Source of the DNA: Candidatus Xianfuyuplasma coldseepsis
GTDB taxonomy: Bacteria; Bacillota_I; Bacilli_A; Izemoplasmatales; Izemoplasmataceae
Length of the DNA: 64,000 bases
Reading direction: 5' to 3'
Assembly: GCF_014023125.1 (NCBI RefSeq)
Contig: NZ_CP048914.1
Location: 708,698 to 772,697, forward strand
A program made the translations under genes and the position numbers. Numbering within the stretch: the stretch's first letter is position 1; each line of letters starts with the position of its first letter. The notes beneath the pieces are model-generated. The model was not told where the DNA came from and made no database searches. It saw only the letters and a list, made by a program, of their open reading frames with translations. This document shows positions 27,904-37,354 of this stretch, piece after piece.

Positions 27904-28807
27904 TGGTTACCTTGATGAACACGTCTTCTAGTGTCGCATTAACACGTTTAAACTCTTGTATTGTAAACCCATTATCAACCAATACTTTTAAAACGTCTTG
28001 TGCGGTTTGTGCTCCATTTGTTTCACATATAATTCCATTCTTATGTTTTTCAATGGTATTTTGAATACTCTGTTGTTCTAGAAATTCAAACACAGTAGTC
28101 GAATCTTCCTTGGTCGTAATTAGCATTTGATTTTGATAGTAGTTCTTTTGAATGTTTTCAATGGAATCTTCTAATAAAAGCGTTCCATTATCGATTAAGC
28201 CAATATGATCACAAACTTTTTCAACGTCTTCAAGGATGTGTGTTGAATAGAAGATGGTTTTCGTACCTTTTAGCTTAAGGATGATATTCATGACATCTTT
28301 ACGACCGATCGGGTCCAATGCACTGGTAGGTTCATCCATAATGATAATTTCCGGATCATGAACCAACGCTTGAGCGATTGCTAAACGTTGTTTCATTCCA
28401 CGGGAGTACGCGCCAATCCGCTTCTTGTGATCATGTAAATCGACAAACTGTAATACTTCTTGAACTTTTTGCGGAATGGCTTCTCTTGGAATATCAAACA
28501 TATCACAAGTATATGTAATGTATTCTTTGGCATTCATATAATTGGGAAATACCGGTACGTCTGGTACAAATCCAATCGTTCGTTTGTAATGCTGATCATT
28601 AAAAACTACTTCTTTATCATTTATCTTTACGTTTCCTTCACTTTTATGAATCAACGATAAAAGAATGTTGATTGTCGTTGTTTTTCCAGCTCCATTACGC
28701 CCAATAAAACCATAGACGTCACCTTTTTTAACATGGATATCCACGTTGTCTAAAGCGCGTTTACGATCGTATTGTTTACATAGTTTTGTTGTCTCAATGG
28801 CGTACAT
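27887..28807 (-). CDS. ABC transporter ATP-binding protein
   Basis: Walker A GRNGAGKTT, LSGGQ-like YSRGMKQRL, and Walker B IIIMDEP. Confidence 0.85.
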   Translation of the reverse strand: MYAIETTKLCKQYDRKRALDNVDIHVKKGDVYGFIGRNGAGKTTTINILLSLIHKSEGNVKINDKEVVFNDQHYKRTIGFVPDVPVFPNYMNAKEYITYTCDMFDIPREAIPQKVQEVLQFVDLHDHKKRIGAYSRGMKQRLAIAQALVHDPEIIIMDEPTSALDPIGRKDVMNIILKLKGTKTIFYSTHILEDVEKVCDHIGLIDNGTLLLEDSIENIQKNYYQNQMLITTKEDSTTVFEFLEQQSIQNTIEKHKNGIICETNGAQTAQDVLKVLVDNGFTIQEFKRVNATLEDVFIKVTNEKTT

Positions 28808-29013
28808 TAGTCATCTCTCCCGATCAGGAAGTAGATGATCCAACCAAAGTAACTTACCAATCCAACAATTAAAATCCAGACAATTTTGTTGTTTCCTTTT
28901 ACTTGCCGTTCTTGTTTGACGATGTCGATAATCGCAAAGATACGAAAACCGATGTCGATTAAGACAATCGGTATCAGTAACGGCAGTAATTCTTGAAGTT
29001 GTTCTAGCATCAA
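28807..29013 (-). CDS. PLDc_N-domain small membrane protein
   Basis: KIVWILIVGLVSYFGWIIYFLIGR matches the PLD-nuclease N-terminal (PLDc_N) pattern. Confidence 0.5.
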   Translation of the reverse strand: MMLEQLQELLPLLIPIVLIDIGFRIFAIIDIVKQERQVKGNNKIVWILIVGLVSYFGWIIYFLIGRDD

Positions 29014-29031
29014 GAATCCTCCTTTATGATG

Positions 29032-29472
29032 TTATATTCCGTCGCGTATATTACGTTCTTCACGGTGTCCACTATAACCGGATACACCGCTGATTAAATA
29101 CATTATAGCTGTTACTTGATTAAATAGGACATTGATTCCACCCCAAATAGCTTGATAAAGGTAGACTTTTTTTGCAGATTCTTCATCATATTTACCTTGT
29201 AGTAATTTGACGAATAGAACGAGATTCACAAGAAAAACAACTCCCATGACAATTGCTAATACAAATAAAATATCACCAAGCCATGCGAACAATTCAACGA
29301 CTTCATTGAAGTCTTGTTGTGTTAAATCCATCGTTTCTGCACTGATCCCAGGAAAGGAATCAAAATTCATCATAACCCACGCACCAAACAAGGTGCTTGG
29401 AGCTCCGATACCTTCAAATATTAACCCAATAATTGTTAATATTCGTGGTGTTTTATCCATCTGATGCATCAT
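29032..29472 (-). CDS. Membrane protein (DUF-type, 4 TM)
   Basis: Hydrophobic profile only. Confidence 0.4.
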   Translation of the reverse strand: MMHQMDKTPRILTIIGLIFEGIGAPSTLFGAWVMMNFDSFPGISAETMDLTQQDFNEVVELFAWLGDILFVLAIVMGVVFLVNLVLFVKLLQGKYDEESAKKVYLYQAIWGGINVLFNQVTAIMYLISGVSGYSGHREERNIRDGI

Positions 29473-29477
29473 AATAC

Positions 29478-29804
29478 CTAGTCTAATTTAACAGCTGTCC
29501 CGTAGGCGATGATTTCCGCAGCTCCACCCATGACTGCACTGGTTTGGAGACGGAATCCAACAACAGCATCTGCACCCATTTCGTCCGCTTCTCGTAGTAG
29601 TCGTTCTGTCGCAATCTTACGTGCATCATTCATCATTTCCGTATAGGATTGGATTTCACCACCAATGAGACTTTTCAATCCCGCCAAAATATCCTTTCCA
29701 ACATTCTTTGTTTGGACGGTAGATCCTTTAACATATCCCAGTACTTCCGTGATATTACGTCCTGGATACTCGTTAATGGTGATTAATTCTTTTCTTGTAA
29801 TCAT
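29478..29804 (-). CDS. YbjQ/UPF0145 family protein
   Basis: Full-length similarity pattern (GADAVVGFR...YGTAVKL). Confidence 0.7.
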   Translation of the reverse strand: MITRKELITINEYPGRNITEVLGYVKGSTVQTKNVGKDILAGLKSLIGGEIQSYTEMMNDARKIATERLLREADEMGADAVVGFRLQTSAVMGGAAEIIAYGTAVKLD

Positions 29805-29982
29805 GAAATAAATCTCCTCTCTGGTTTCTTACCAAACACTTTCTACCATTATTATAACCTCATAATTAATTAAAATCAACTATTTATTATTTTTAATTAT
29901 TTTTTTGTATATAGTTTTGATTTCAACACTATTTTTATGAATTTGTAGCGTTTAAAACTCCATTGGTTTATACTATTATTAC

Positions 29983-30744
29983 ATGGAGGTGGTACTCTTG
30001 CCTACATTCTTTACTCGTATCCCATTAGATGGGGAAAAGGAGTTTTATCTTGGGTCTCCCCCTCATATTATAGCACTTGTTGTCGCACTTATACTACTAG
30101 TAATTGTCTACATCTATTTACCTAGACTTCAACGATACAAACACGAACGATCTATTCGTTATGGAATCGTTGGTTTCTTACTACTAACATCTATTATCAA
30201 ACAATCGTTCCTGTTTTTTAGTGATGTACCCTGGTATCAACATCTACCTGAAGCCACATGTGGCTACGCGATTATCACAAGTTCGATCATGTTACTCACA
30301 AAGAATAGGACATTATTCGTGATTACATTCTTCTGGGGATGGGGTGCATTCTTAGCTTTATTTGCTCCAAACCTATTAGAAACATGGAATCGATTGTATT
30401 TCTATCAGTTTTATCTACGGCATATGATGATTGTTATTGCTGGACTGTATATGATTCGTGTACATAAGTTTTCAGTCTACAAACGTGATTATCAAACGTA
30501 TATTACAATTACATTAAGTTTAGCCATTATTGGATACATTGTATCAACCCTTATCAATCATCCCAATCAGTTTAATATGATGTATATGGTTCAACCACCC
30601 GTAGAAAATATCATCTTGTATAGCATCTACGATGTGCATCCTCTTCTTTATACATCCTTCTGGGTTAGTGTTGCGTTTCTCTTTGGATATCTCTATGGAT
30701 TACCATTTTATCAAACAAGTTCAAAACACGATGTAGTTGCATAA
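29983..30744 (+). CDS. Integral membrane protein (about 7 TM), YwaF-like
   Basis: Hydrophobic profile. The start is possibly TTG 29998 after GGAGGTG. Confidence 0.45.
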   Translation: MEVVLLPTFFTRIPLDGEKEFYLGSPPHIIALVVALILLVIVYIYLPRLQRYKHERSIRYGIVGFLLLTSIIKQSFLFFSDVPWYQHLPEATCGYAIITSSIMLLTKNRTLFVITFFWGWGAFLALFAPNLLETWNRLYFYQFYLRHMMIVIAGLYMIRVHKFSVYKRDYQTYITITLSLAIIGYIVSTLINHPNQFNMMYMVQPPVENIILYSIYDVHPLLYTSFWVSVAFLFGYLYGLPFYQTSSKHDVVA

Positions 30745-30803
30745 TAGCAATAATCAAAAACCTACTGGTGATAGAATATAAGTAGACAATAAAGGAGGAT
30801 CCT

Positions 30804-31208
30804 ATGAGCCAATTTTTAATACCATACGTCATGTTTGAAGACACAATGAAAGCTGTTGAATACTATAATAGTATATTTGGTGGAGAAGTACGTTATACAA
30901 TGATGGGTAAAGATATGCCCAATTGTCCGGAAGAGGATTTAGACAAAGTTATGCATCTGGAGTATGTATTTAATGACACTGTCTTTTACTTTGGTGATTT
31001 GCCACTTGAGGATCAAGGACGTATTCAGCTACATCTTAACTTCAGATACGAAGATGCTGAATTTATGGAGGAAGCGTTTAACAAGATGAAAAAGCAAGGA
31101 ACTGTAATCCAAGAATTAAAAGAAGAGTTTTGGGGTGCCGTATACGGTAATATCAAAGATCCATTTGGTGTTACTTGGCAATTTCATCGACCCGCACAAA
31201 AACGCTAA
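30804..31208 (+). CDS. VOC/glyoxalase-family protein (PhnB-like)
   Basis: 134 aa with a PhnB-like N-terminus, IPYVMFED...AVEYY. Confidence 0.55.
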   Translation: MSQFLIPYVMFEDTMKAVEYYNSIFGGEVRYTMMGKDMPNCPEEDLDKVMHLEYVFNDTVFYFGDLPLEDQGRIQLHLNFRYEDAEFMEEAFNKMKKQGTVIQELKEEFWGAVYGNIKDPFGVTWQFHRPAQKR

Positions 31209-31213
31209 ACAAA

Positions 31214-31244
31214 AAGGAATGACAACTGTCATTCCTTTTTGTTT
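31214..31244. terminator. Bidirectional terminator (AAAGGAATGACAACTGTCATTCCTTTTT)
   Basis: A perfect 11-bp stem between convergent genes. Confidence 0.75.
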
Positions 31245-31246
31245 AA

Positions 31247-32773
31247 TTACGCTTTTTTTGTTGGTTTTGGTTCGGGTGCTGGTTTCGATGCTGGTTTGGG
31301 TTCTGTCTTTGGTGTTTCCTTGACAGTTGGTTCATCGGTTTTGTCTGCAAGTTTATGTGCAGCAACACCACCGAGTGCTCCACTTAATAAACCACCTAAA
31401 TCAATACCTAATGTTTCTTTTACACCTTCTAAGATGTTGGTTCCAGTTTTCATGATGTCTTTTGATAGCTTCGCAGCATTTCCTTCCCCATACATAACAA
31501 TCTTATCTGTTTGAGCAAGTGGTGCAGCAGCTGCTTCAACAATTTTAGGTAATACATCGGAATCAAGAACAAGTCCAAGGATAGCGGCTTCTTCCATTTT
31601 CTTCATAGCGAGTGCTTTCTTTTCAATGGCAGCAGCTTCGGCAAGACCGACTGCTTCGATCCCTTTTGCACGGGCTAAAGCTGCTTCGCGTTCCGCATCA
31701 GCGACTACTTTGATCGCAGCCGCACGGTTGGTTTCTTCAGCTAATTCTGCTTCCGCATCTTTTGTTCGAGTAAATAAATCTGCTTGTGCTTTTTGTTCCG
31801 CAGCGTATTTATCCGCATCCGCTTGTTTCTTAATGCTCGCTTCTAAGAACCGTTCTTGAACGCGTACTTCACGTTCTTTTAACTCAATTTCTTTTTCTTT
31901 GCGAGCGATTAATGCGTTTTGTTCGGCAACGTTGATTTTAAGTTGTTCTTCTTGTTGACGAATCGAATACGCAGCATCTGCAGTAGCTTGTTCCGTTTGT
32001 GCTTTGCGCTTCAAGGCTGCTTTTTTAAGGTCTAACTCCGTATTTTGTTCAGCGATTAATAATTCGGCTTTAATACGAGCTTGATTGGCAACTTCTTTAG
32101 CTTCTGATGTTTTGACTTCAACATCTCGCTGCGCTTCTGCTTTCGCAATGCTTGCATCTTTACGGATTTGTTCTACATTGTCAACCCCAAGATCTTGAAT
32201 TACACCGTTATTATCAGTAAAGTTTTGAATGGTGATGTTGATGATTTCAAGACCCATTTTTTCCATGTCTTGCATCGCTGTAGTGCGTACTTCGTCGGCG
32301 AATTTATCACGGTTTTGAACCAGTTCGGTTAATTTCATCTGACCGATGATTTCCCGCATGTTCCCTTCCAAGATTTCCTCGGCGATTTTCTTTACTTGAT
32401 CGCGTCCCATCATGAGGAAAATCTCTGCAGCACGTTTGATATCACCTACATCATGTCGTACTTTGATGTTGGCAACACCGTCAACAAAGATGTCAATGAA
32501 CTCGTTTGTTGGTACAGCTGATGTTGTTTTGATATCCACTTGGATAATATCTAGTGGAATCACATCTACTCGAGATATGAACGGCATCCGCCAAGTGGCT
32601 TTCCCTGTTACGACGCGAGAAGTTTTTTGTGGGCTTGTGATGATGTATGCTTGGTTTGGTCGTGCTTTCACGTATCCTAATGCGAAGATAACCAATCCAA
32701 TCCCAAGAATCACAACACCAGCGGTAACCCATACTCCTGTTGCTAATAATGCCATATGTAGTTCTCCTTTCAA
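31247..32773 (-). CDS. Flotillin / SPFH (band-7) family protein with a coiled-coil and a Pro/Lys-rich tail
   Basis: N-terminal TM, SPFH domain, a long Ala/Glu/Lys coiled coil, and the C-terminal KPASKPAPEPKP. Confidence 0.75.
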   Translation of the reverse strand: MKGELHMALLATGVWVTAGVVILGIGLVIFALGYVKARPNQAYIITSPQKTSRVVTGKATWRMPFISRVDVIPLDIIQVDIKTTSAVPTNEFIDIFVDGVANIKVRHDVGDIKRAAEIFLMMGRDQVKKIAEEILEGNMREIIGQMKLTELVQNRDKFADEVRTTAMQDMEKMGLEIINITIQNFTDNNGVIQDLGVDNVEQIRKDASIAKAEAQRDVEVKTSEAKEVANQARIKAELLIAEQNTELDLKKAALKRKAQTEQATADAAYSIRQQEEQLKINVAEQNALIARKEKEIELKEREVRVQERFLEASIKKQADADKYAAEQKAQADLFTRTKDAEAELAEETNRAAAIKVVADAEREAALARAKGIEAVGLAEAAAIEKKALAMKKMEEAAILGLVLDSDVLPKIVEAAAAPLAQTDKIVMYGEGNAAKLSKDIMKTGTNILEGVKETLGIDLGGLLSGALGGVAAHKLADKTDEPTVKETPKTEPKPASKPAPEPKPTKKA

Positions 32774-32945
32774 ATTTGTAGTTCATACTGCATAAAAAAA
32801 GCCCATAGAAAGGGCTTTATCCCTTACAATATGTCAAGCATATTATACCATGATAAATACCATTGTGACAAAATTATTTTTGCAAATGAAAAAACATCTA
32901 AATAAAGCGCTTAATTGGCAAATTAAAAAGGACTTATTTGTCCTT

Positions 32946-34208
32946 TTATTGGTTTAATTTAAAGAGCTCTTCTACAGCAAAATGCAACTTCGTTACCGCA
33001 AACGATTGATCGATTGGATACAAATAGAACGTATCATTGATATTCGAGAAACTAAACCCGTCTCCTTTGCCAAAATAATCAAACTCCAAATGGAGGCTGT
33101 AGTTGGCTGAAACTGGTTTTTGAATGTCCAAATCACCATGGTCCCAGTGGCCGGTTAAGTGGAACCCATCGGCATTATGTGTAATATGACCCTTACCCAA
33201 TCGATAAAAACCAGTACTGTTGGGAAGAATATCGACTTGAACATCCATATCAACGTGATATTCATCTCGTAAAATCTCCTCGCGTACTTGTGATCGAATC
33301 CACTCATACCAATCCGGTATATGAGAAAAAGTCGTGTTTCCTGATGTGTTATGAAGTACTCCATATTCATCCATGTTATGAACTTCACCGCAAGCCTCAC
33401 AAATGAGTTGGTTCGCTTTACTTGTCATTTTAAACTCGGTTTTACAGGAGGGGCATTGATATAATATTTTATGCAGTCCCTTGGCACGGTTGGGGTATGT
33501 AATCCGTATTTTATGATCACGTTGATACTGATAATCATCATATTGGAAATGTGTGCGAATCCGTTGATTAATCTCATCCACGCTTAAGGTTTGAATCTCG
33601 TCTTTGGTAATAATCTGCGTAATGTCAGATGTTGTATGAAGTTTTCGTTTGTTAAGGTTCCAAACCGGTTGACGCAAATGGTGTCCGTGGGATATTAAGG
33701 TAACAACAGGATGGCCTAACTTTTTACATAATTTCCCAAGGCTATCGGGTAAAATTGCCGTTGTCCCTACGAGTGAATACCGTGCTTCGGCATAGATTTG
33801 ACAAATCGATCGGTTGACATTAAGACTATGTTTGATTTGGCGAAACATGGTTGAATCCGTGACAAACTTACGCTTTCCAAAACACCCCACATTCCGCAAT
33901 AATTCTTCGCGATTGATAAAACCATCAATGGCGACAATGTAATTTGAACGATGGGGAAAAACCGCTTTTGTAGCGACTTTGAAATCCAAAAAACTATTGT
34001 GATTACAAAGTAATACGTAGGGTGGTTTGAGACCCTTCATATTGATTTTTGTTACTTTGGCTCTTGTAGCAATGGTTTCTGGAAAACTTAACATCCATGC
34101 AACAATCTGCAGATACCACTTCGCTTTTCGAGGAGGTTCTAATAAATCAAACCGGGGCATTGCATTCATTTCATCTACTGTCGTATACACAACATCACTA
34201 ATTTTCAT
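32946..34208 (-). CDS. Acyltransferase-domain protein (PlsC-like HX4D motif) with a C-terminal extension
   Basis: NHNSFLD (H-x4-D). 420 aa. A terminator hairpin at 32921-32944 lies downstream. Confidence 0.45.
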   Translation of the reverse strand: MKISDVVYTTVDEMNAMPRFDLLEPPRKAKWYLQIVAWMLSFPETIATRAKVTKINMKGLKPPYVLLCNHNSFLDFKVATKAVFPHRSNYIVAIDGFINREELLRNVGCFGKRKFVTDSTMFRQIKHSLNVNRSICQIYAEARYSLVGTTAILPDSLGKLCKKLGHPVVTLISHGHHLRQPVWNLNKRKLHTTSDITQIITKDEIQTLSVDEINQRIRTHFQYDDYQYQRDHKIRITYPNRAKGLHKILYQCPSCKTEFKMTSKANQLICEACGEVHNMDEYGVLHNTSGNTTFSHIPDWYEWIRSQVREEILRDEYHVDMDVQVDILPNSTGFYRLGKGHITHNADGFHLTGHWDHGDLDIQKPVSANYSLHLEFDYFGKGDGFSFSNINDTFYLYPIDQSFAVTKLHFAVEELFKLNQ

Positions 34209-34386
34209 ATGAATACCTCATAACCTCTCCATCCCTAGTAAAAGCACTTACTACCATTATACTCTAGAACATTTTAGGATACAAAATAATCTTTCAAGTT
34301 TCCAAACTGGATAGATTTTTTGTATGAGAATAGAAAAATCAAACGGATTACGATATACTGAATATAGAGAAAAAAGGAGGGTTTAT

Positions 34387-34740
34387 ATGACCATCGCACG
34401 AGTATTAGGATATGCCATACTAGTCTTTTTTATCCTTGCATCATTAAATGGAGCAAAACGATACACCAAAAACACATTGGTGCGAGCAATTGCCAAACAG
34501 CATCAGATATATGCGGGAATAGCCGTTCTATTAGCTCTTGTTCATTTGATTGTTAACGTAAGCAATAACAACCTATCACCTACTGGATTGATAACATTGC
34601 TGTTACTAATCGCAACTGGTGTCATGGGAGCATTGTTCAAGCATTTTAAGAAACGCAATTTATATCTTGCCCATCGAATCTTAGGACCCTTAGCATTTGT
34701 ATCCGCATTGATTCATGTACTTACAAACCTACTCGCGTAG
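34387..34740 (+). CDS. Small membrane protein (3-4 TM)
   Basis: Start at the ATG after AAAGGAGGG. Hydrophobic. Confidence 0.45.
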   Translation: MTIARVLGYAILVFFILASLNGAKRYTKNTLVRAIAKQHQIYAGIAVLLALVHLIVNVSNNNLSPTGLITLLLLIATGVMGALFKHFKKRNLYLAHRILGPLAFVSALIHVLTNLLA

Positions 34741-34766
34741 GTTTTCTTCGCAAAAGGAGGTGGCTT

Positions 34767-35327
34767 ATGGACTATAATACAACCGGTGTTATTTGTACGA
34801 AACGACGCCTTTGGAAACAACAATCAACCGTCGTTGCCATCATTTCACACTTACAAGATCAAGGCTATCATTTTAAGGAAGTAGTTCTTGGAGAACCCAA
34901 CAACTTCATTTTCGCTGATACAGTACATGAACTCGATGAGATCTTTGCAAAAAAAGGATATTACGGTATCCGTATCAAAATGGACAATGATGATACCTTA
35001 ATTGAAATCAATTCCAACACCGATGGAATCAACAACGTTCAATACACCATTTTCGCTGAATCCGAAGAACTCCTAGTAAGAGCAAAACAACATATGGAAG
35101 AACTAGTATTCATTATTCGTCCTTCGAATAATACGTTCGCACAATTTAGTGAGTGGCTAGGGACTCATAAACAAATACGAAACATTGCAGTATTAGTTCT
35201 CATTGCGATTACATTATATTTTTTAGGTGTACATGTATTCATCTTTAGTTTCTTGCAGATGATTCTATCCTTTTCTCCATTTCTAACGATTTATATCATC
35301 TATCTATTATTACGAAGAAGACGTTAA
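34767..35327 (+). CDS. Hypothetical protein with a C-terminal TM anchor
   Basis: RBS AAAGGAGGTGG. No motif. Confidence 0.45.
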   Translation: MDYNTTGVICTKRRLWKQQSTVVAIISHLQDQGYHFKEVVLGEPNNFIFADTVHELDEIFAKKGYYGIRIKMDNDDTLIEINSNTDGINNVQYTIFAESEELLVRAKQHMEELVFIIRPSNNTFAQFSEWLGTHKQIRNIAVLVLIAITLYFLGVHVFIFSFLQMILSFSPFLTIYIIYLLLRRRR

Positions 35328-35348
35328 AAAAGGCACTCATGTGCCTTT

Positions 35349-35930
35349 TTATATGGTTTCTACGATAATTATTACACCACTATACGCAAGTAATAGCGCC
35401 ATAATAATATTAAATACTGTTCGATGGTTCTTCATTACTTGCTTCAACGCTTTTCCGAAGTAGCCCCACACAAGAACACTGACAAAACATAAAAATGCAT
35501 TGATGAAACTGAGTAGAAACATCCCATCAGATGGGAATGATAACCCCAAGTAGAATGCTGCAACCGTTAATCCAAAAATAATCGCTTTGGGATTGATCAA
35601 TGTCAAGACAACCGCCATATAGAAGTAGCGATCATTTTGGATCATCATTTTACCTTCTTCGTGCCTTGTTTTAAACATTCCATATGCTAAGTATAAAATA
35701 AAGAGTCCCCCTAATATTCCGATATAGCGAGTTATTACAGGAACTTGTTCTGCTAAGAACACATTAAATATTCCTGTGATATAAAATACAATAAATGTTC
35801 CTACGAAAACCCCGGCCATAAATGGTAGGGTCTTCACAATTCCAACCTTGGAACTGGATGCTGAGGAAAACAAATTGTTGGGTCCTGGTGTAAAAATTGA
35901 TACCAGGATATAGATAATAAAAGCATCCAT
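35349..35930 (-). CDS. LysE/RhtB-family amino-acid exporter
   Basis: N-terminal FTPGPNN motif. 6 TM. Confidence 0.65.
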   Translation of the reverse strand: MDAFIIYILVSIFTPGPNNLFSSASSSKVGIVKTLPFMAGVFVGTFIVFYITGIFNVFLAEQVPVITRYIGILGGLFILYLAYGMFKTRHEEGKMMIQNDRYFYMAVVLTLINPKAIIFGLTVAAFYLGLSFPSDGMFLLSFINAFLCFVSVLVWGYFGKALKQVMKNHRTVFNIIMALLLAYSGVIIIVETI

Positions 35931-35967
35931 ATCATCACACCTACTATATTTTTTTGTTAGTTCTACA

Positions 35968-36699
35968 CTATTGATACTCTTTCATCACATCATATCGTTG
36001 TAGTATCTCATTTGTTTCACCGGTATATTTTATATCATACTTCATGATACGATCAATACGATCAGCTGTTTTAGTGATTGTATCTACGGGTACTTCATGC
36101 TTCAATAGAAATTGTAATACATCGTCTTTCGTTGGTGTAGAGCGAATCAAATTCATAAGTTCACGGTAATCATACTCTGTGATTCGATCTTTATCCAGTT
36201 GAATCATTTTACGAAATGTTCGTCGTTCGCGATAAGAGATTTTGTCATCATCATGTTTTAGAACATAGGCAAACATCATCGCAAAAACTTTCATCGCAAG
36301 TGTTTTTTGCTTATAGTCCCACTGATCATAGATGGATCGTGGCTGTGGTTGCGTTTTTTGGACCATAAAGAAATCTTCAACACCGTATCGCAATCGTTCG
36401 GATAACGTATACCCCCATAAATGGTTATTTCGATGTCTCGTAGGTACCAAACGAGGTGTACTGTGAATTTGCTTCGTCGGAGGTAATGGATTGGTACGTA
36501 GTTTATCCCAGATATTCGTCGACCGAGATTGTGCAGAAAAATTCCGAAATGCCGTTGAACTAGAGGTTGAACGAATCCGTGGTCCCGAAAAACTACGCCC
36601 CGATACTCTCGTACTCATTCTTGTACTGTGTGTTCGTGTTCGTCCAACTGATGAGGACCGGAATCCTGAAAACCCTGATTTTTTTCCCATAAATAACAC
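35968..36699 (-). CDS. Hypothetical protein: Arg/Ser-rich disordered N-terminus plus a conserved C-domain (paralog of the next gene)
   Basis: Shares WD.KQKTL...AYV...DDDK.S.RERR.F......KD...E.DY.....LIR with the 36706-37290 product. Confidence 0.5.
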   Translation of the reverse strand: MLFMGKKSGFSGFRSSSVGRTRTHSTRMSTRVSGRSFSGPRIRSTSSSTAFRNFSAQSRSTNIWDKLRTNPLPPTKQIHSTPRLVPTRHRNNHLWGYTLSERLRYGVEDFFMVQKTQPQPRSIYDQWDYKQKTLAMKVFAMMFAYVLKHDDDKISYRERRTFRKMIQLDKDRITEYDYRELMNLIRSTPTKDDVLQFLLKHEVPVDTITKTADRIDRIMKYDIKYTGETNEILQRYDVMKEYQ

Positions 36700-36705
36700 C
36701 CTAAT

Positions 36706-37290
36706 TTATTCAACATTGTTAATGAATTGAATCTCAAGTTGTTGTAACAATGAAAGATACTGTTGCTTATTGCGTAAAATTCTTTTAATACGTTCTATTA
36801 CTTTTTGCATGATGCTGTAATGTACTGTATTTGATTCCATGAAATCAATGATGGATTGTTTGTCGATACGCAATCGTATCAATGACTCAATATCGGTATA
36901 GTCCTCTTCGGATAAATCATCTTTTGCGACTTTAAGAACACGTTTAAACCACCGACGTTCTCTCATTGATACCTTGTCGTCATCATTCACAAAAACATAT
37001 GCTAATACCAGACATGTCAGTCTTACTTCAAGTGTTTTTTGTCTTGCATCCCACGTTTCATATACATTGTTTCTTTTTTCCAATTTACCAAAACCACCAA
37101 ACATATTTGCAGCACGATCATTACCCCCATGTGCTGACATGGATCCTTGTACAGGTGTTGTTCTATTGCTTGGCAATGTATTCTCATTCATATCAGATTG
37201 CTTCTTTGATGTCTTTTTCACTATATTGCTCACCCTTTCATAGGCACTATTATACATTACATAAGTACTTATAGTCAAAAGAGTCTTCAT
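36706..37290 (-). CDS. Hypothetical protein, a tandem paralog of 35968-36699
   Basis: The same conserved C-domain. Polar N-terminus. Confidence 0.5.
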   Translation of the reverse strand: MKTLLTISTYVMYNSAYERVSNIVKKTSKKQSDMNENTLPSNRTTPVQGSMSAHGGNDRAANMFGGFGKLEKRNNVYETWDARQKTLEVRLTCLVLAYVFVNDDDKVSMRERRWFKRVLKVAKDDLSEEDYTDIESLIRLRIDKQSIIDFMESNTVHYSIMQKVIERIKRILRNKQQYLSLLQQLEIQFINNVE

Positions 37291-37354
37291 TCAAAATGCT
37301 TTTATAATCGTTTTAAATTGAGTATAATTAGGATACAAGAAAAAGGAGGTACTT

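Noticed and set aside
31239-31514. Plus-strand ORFs antisense to the flotillin gene (31239-31514, 31626-31859, 32412-32795)
   Set aside because: They lie inside a well-supported SPFH/flotillin gene on the opposite strand. Their Ala/Ser-rich translations are typical antisense artefacts of a coiled-coil coding region.
36491-37274. Plus-strand ORFs overlapping the paralog pair (36491-36730, 36966-37274, 36974-37243)
   Set aside because: They are antisense to genes that show paralogous conservation, and have no translation signals.
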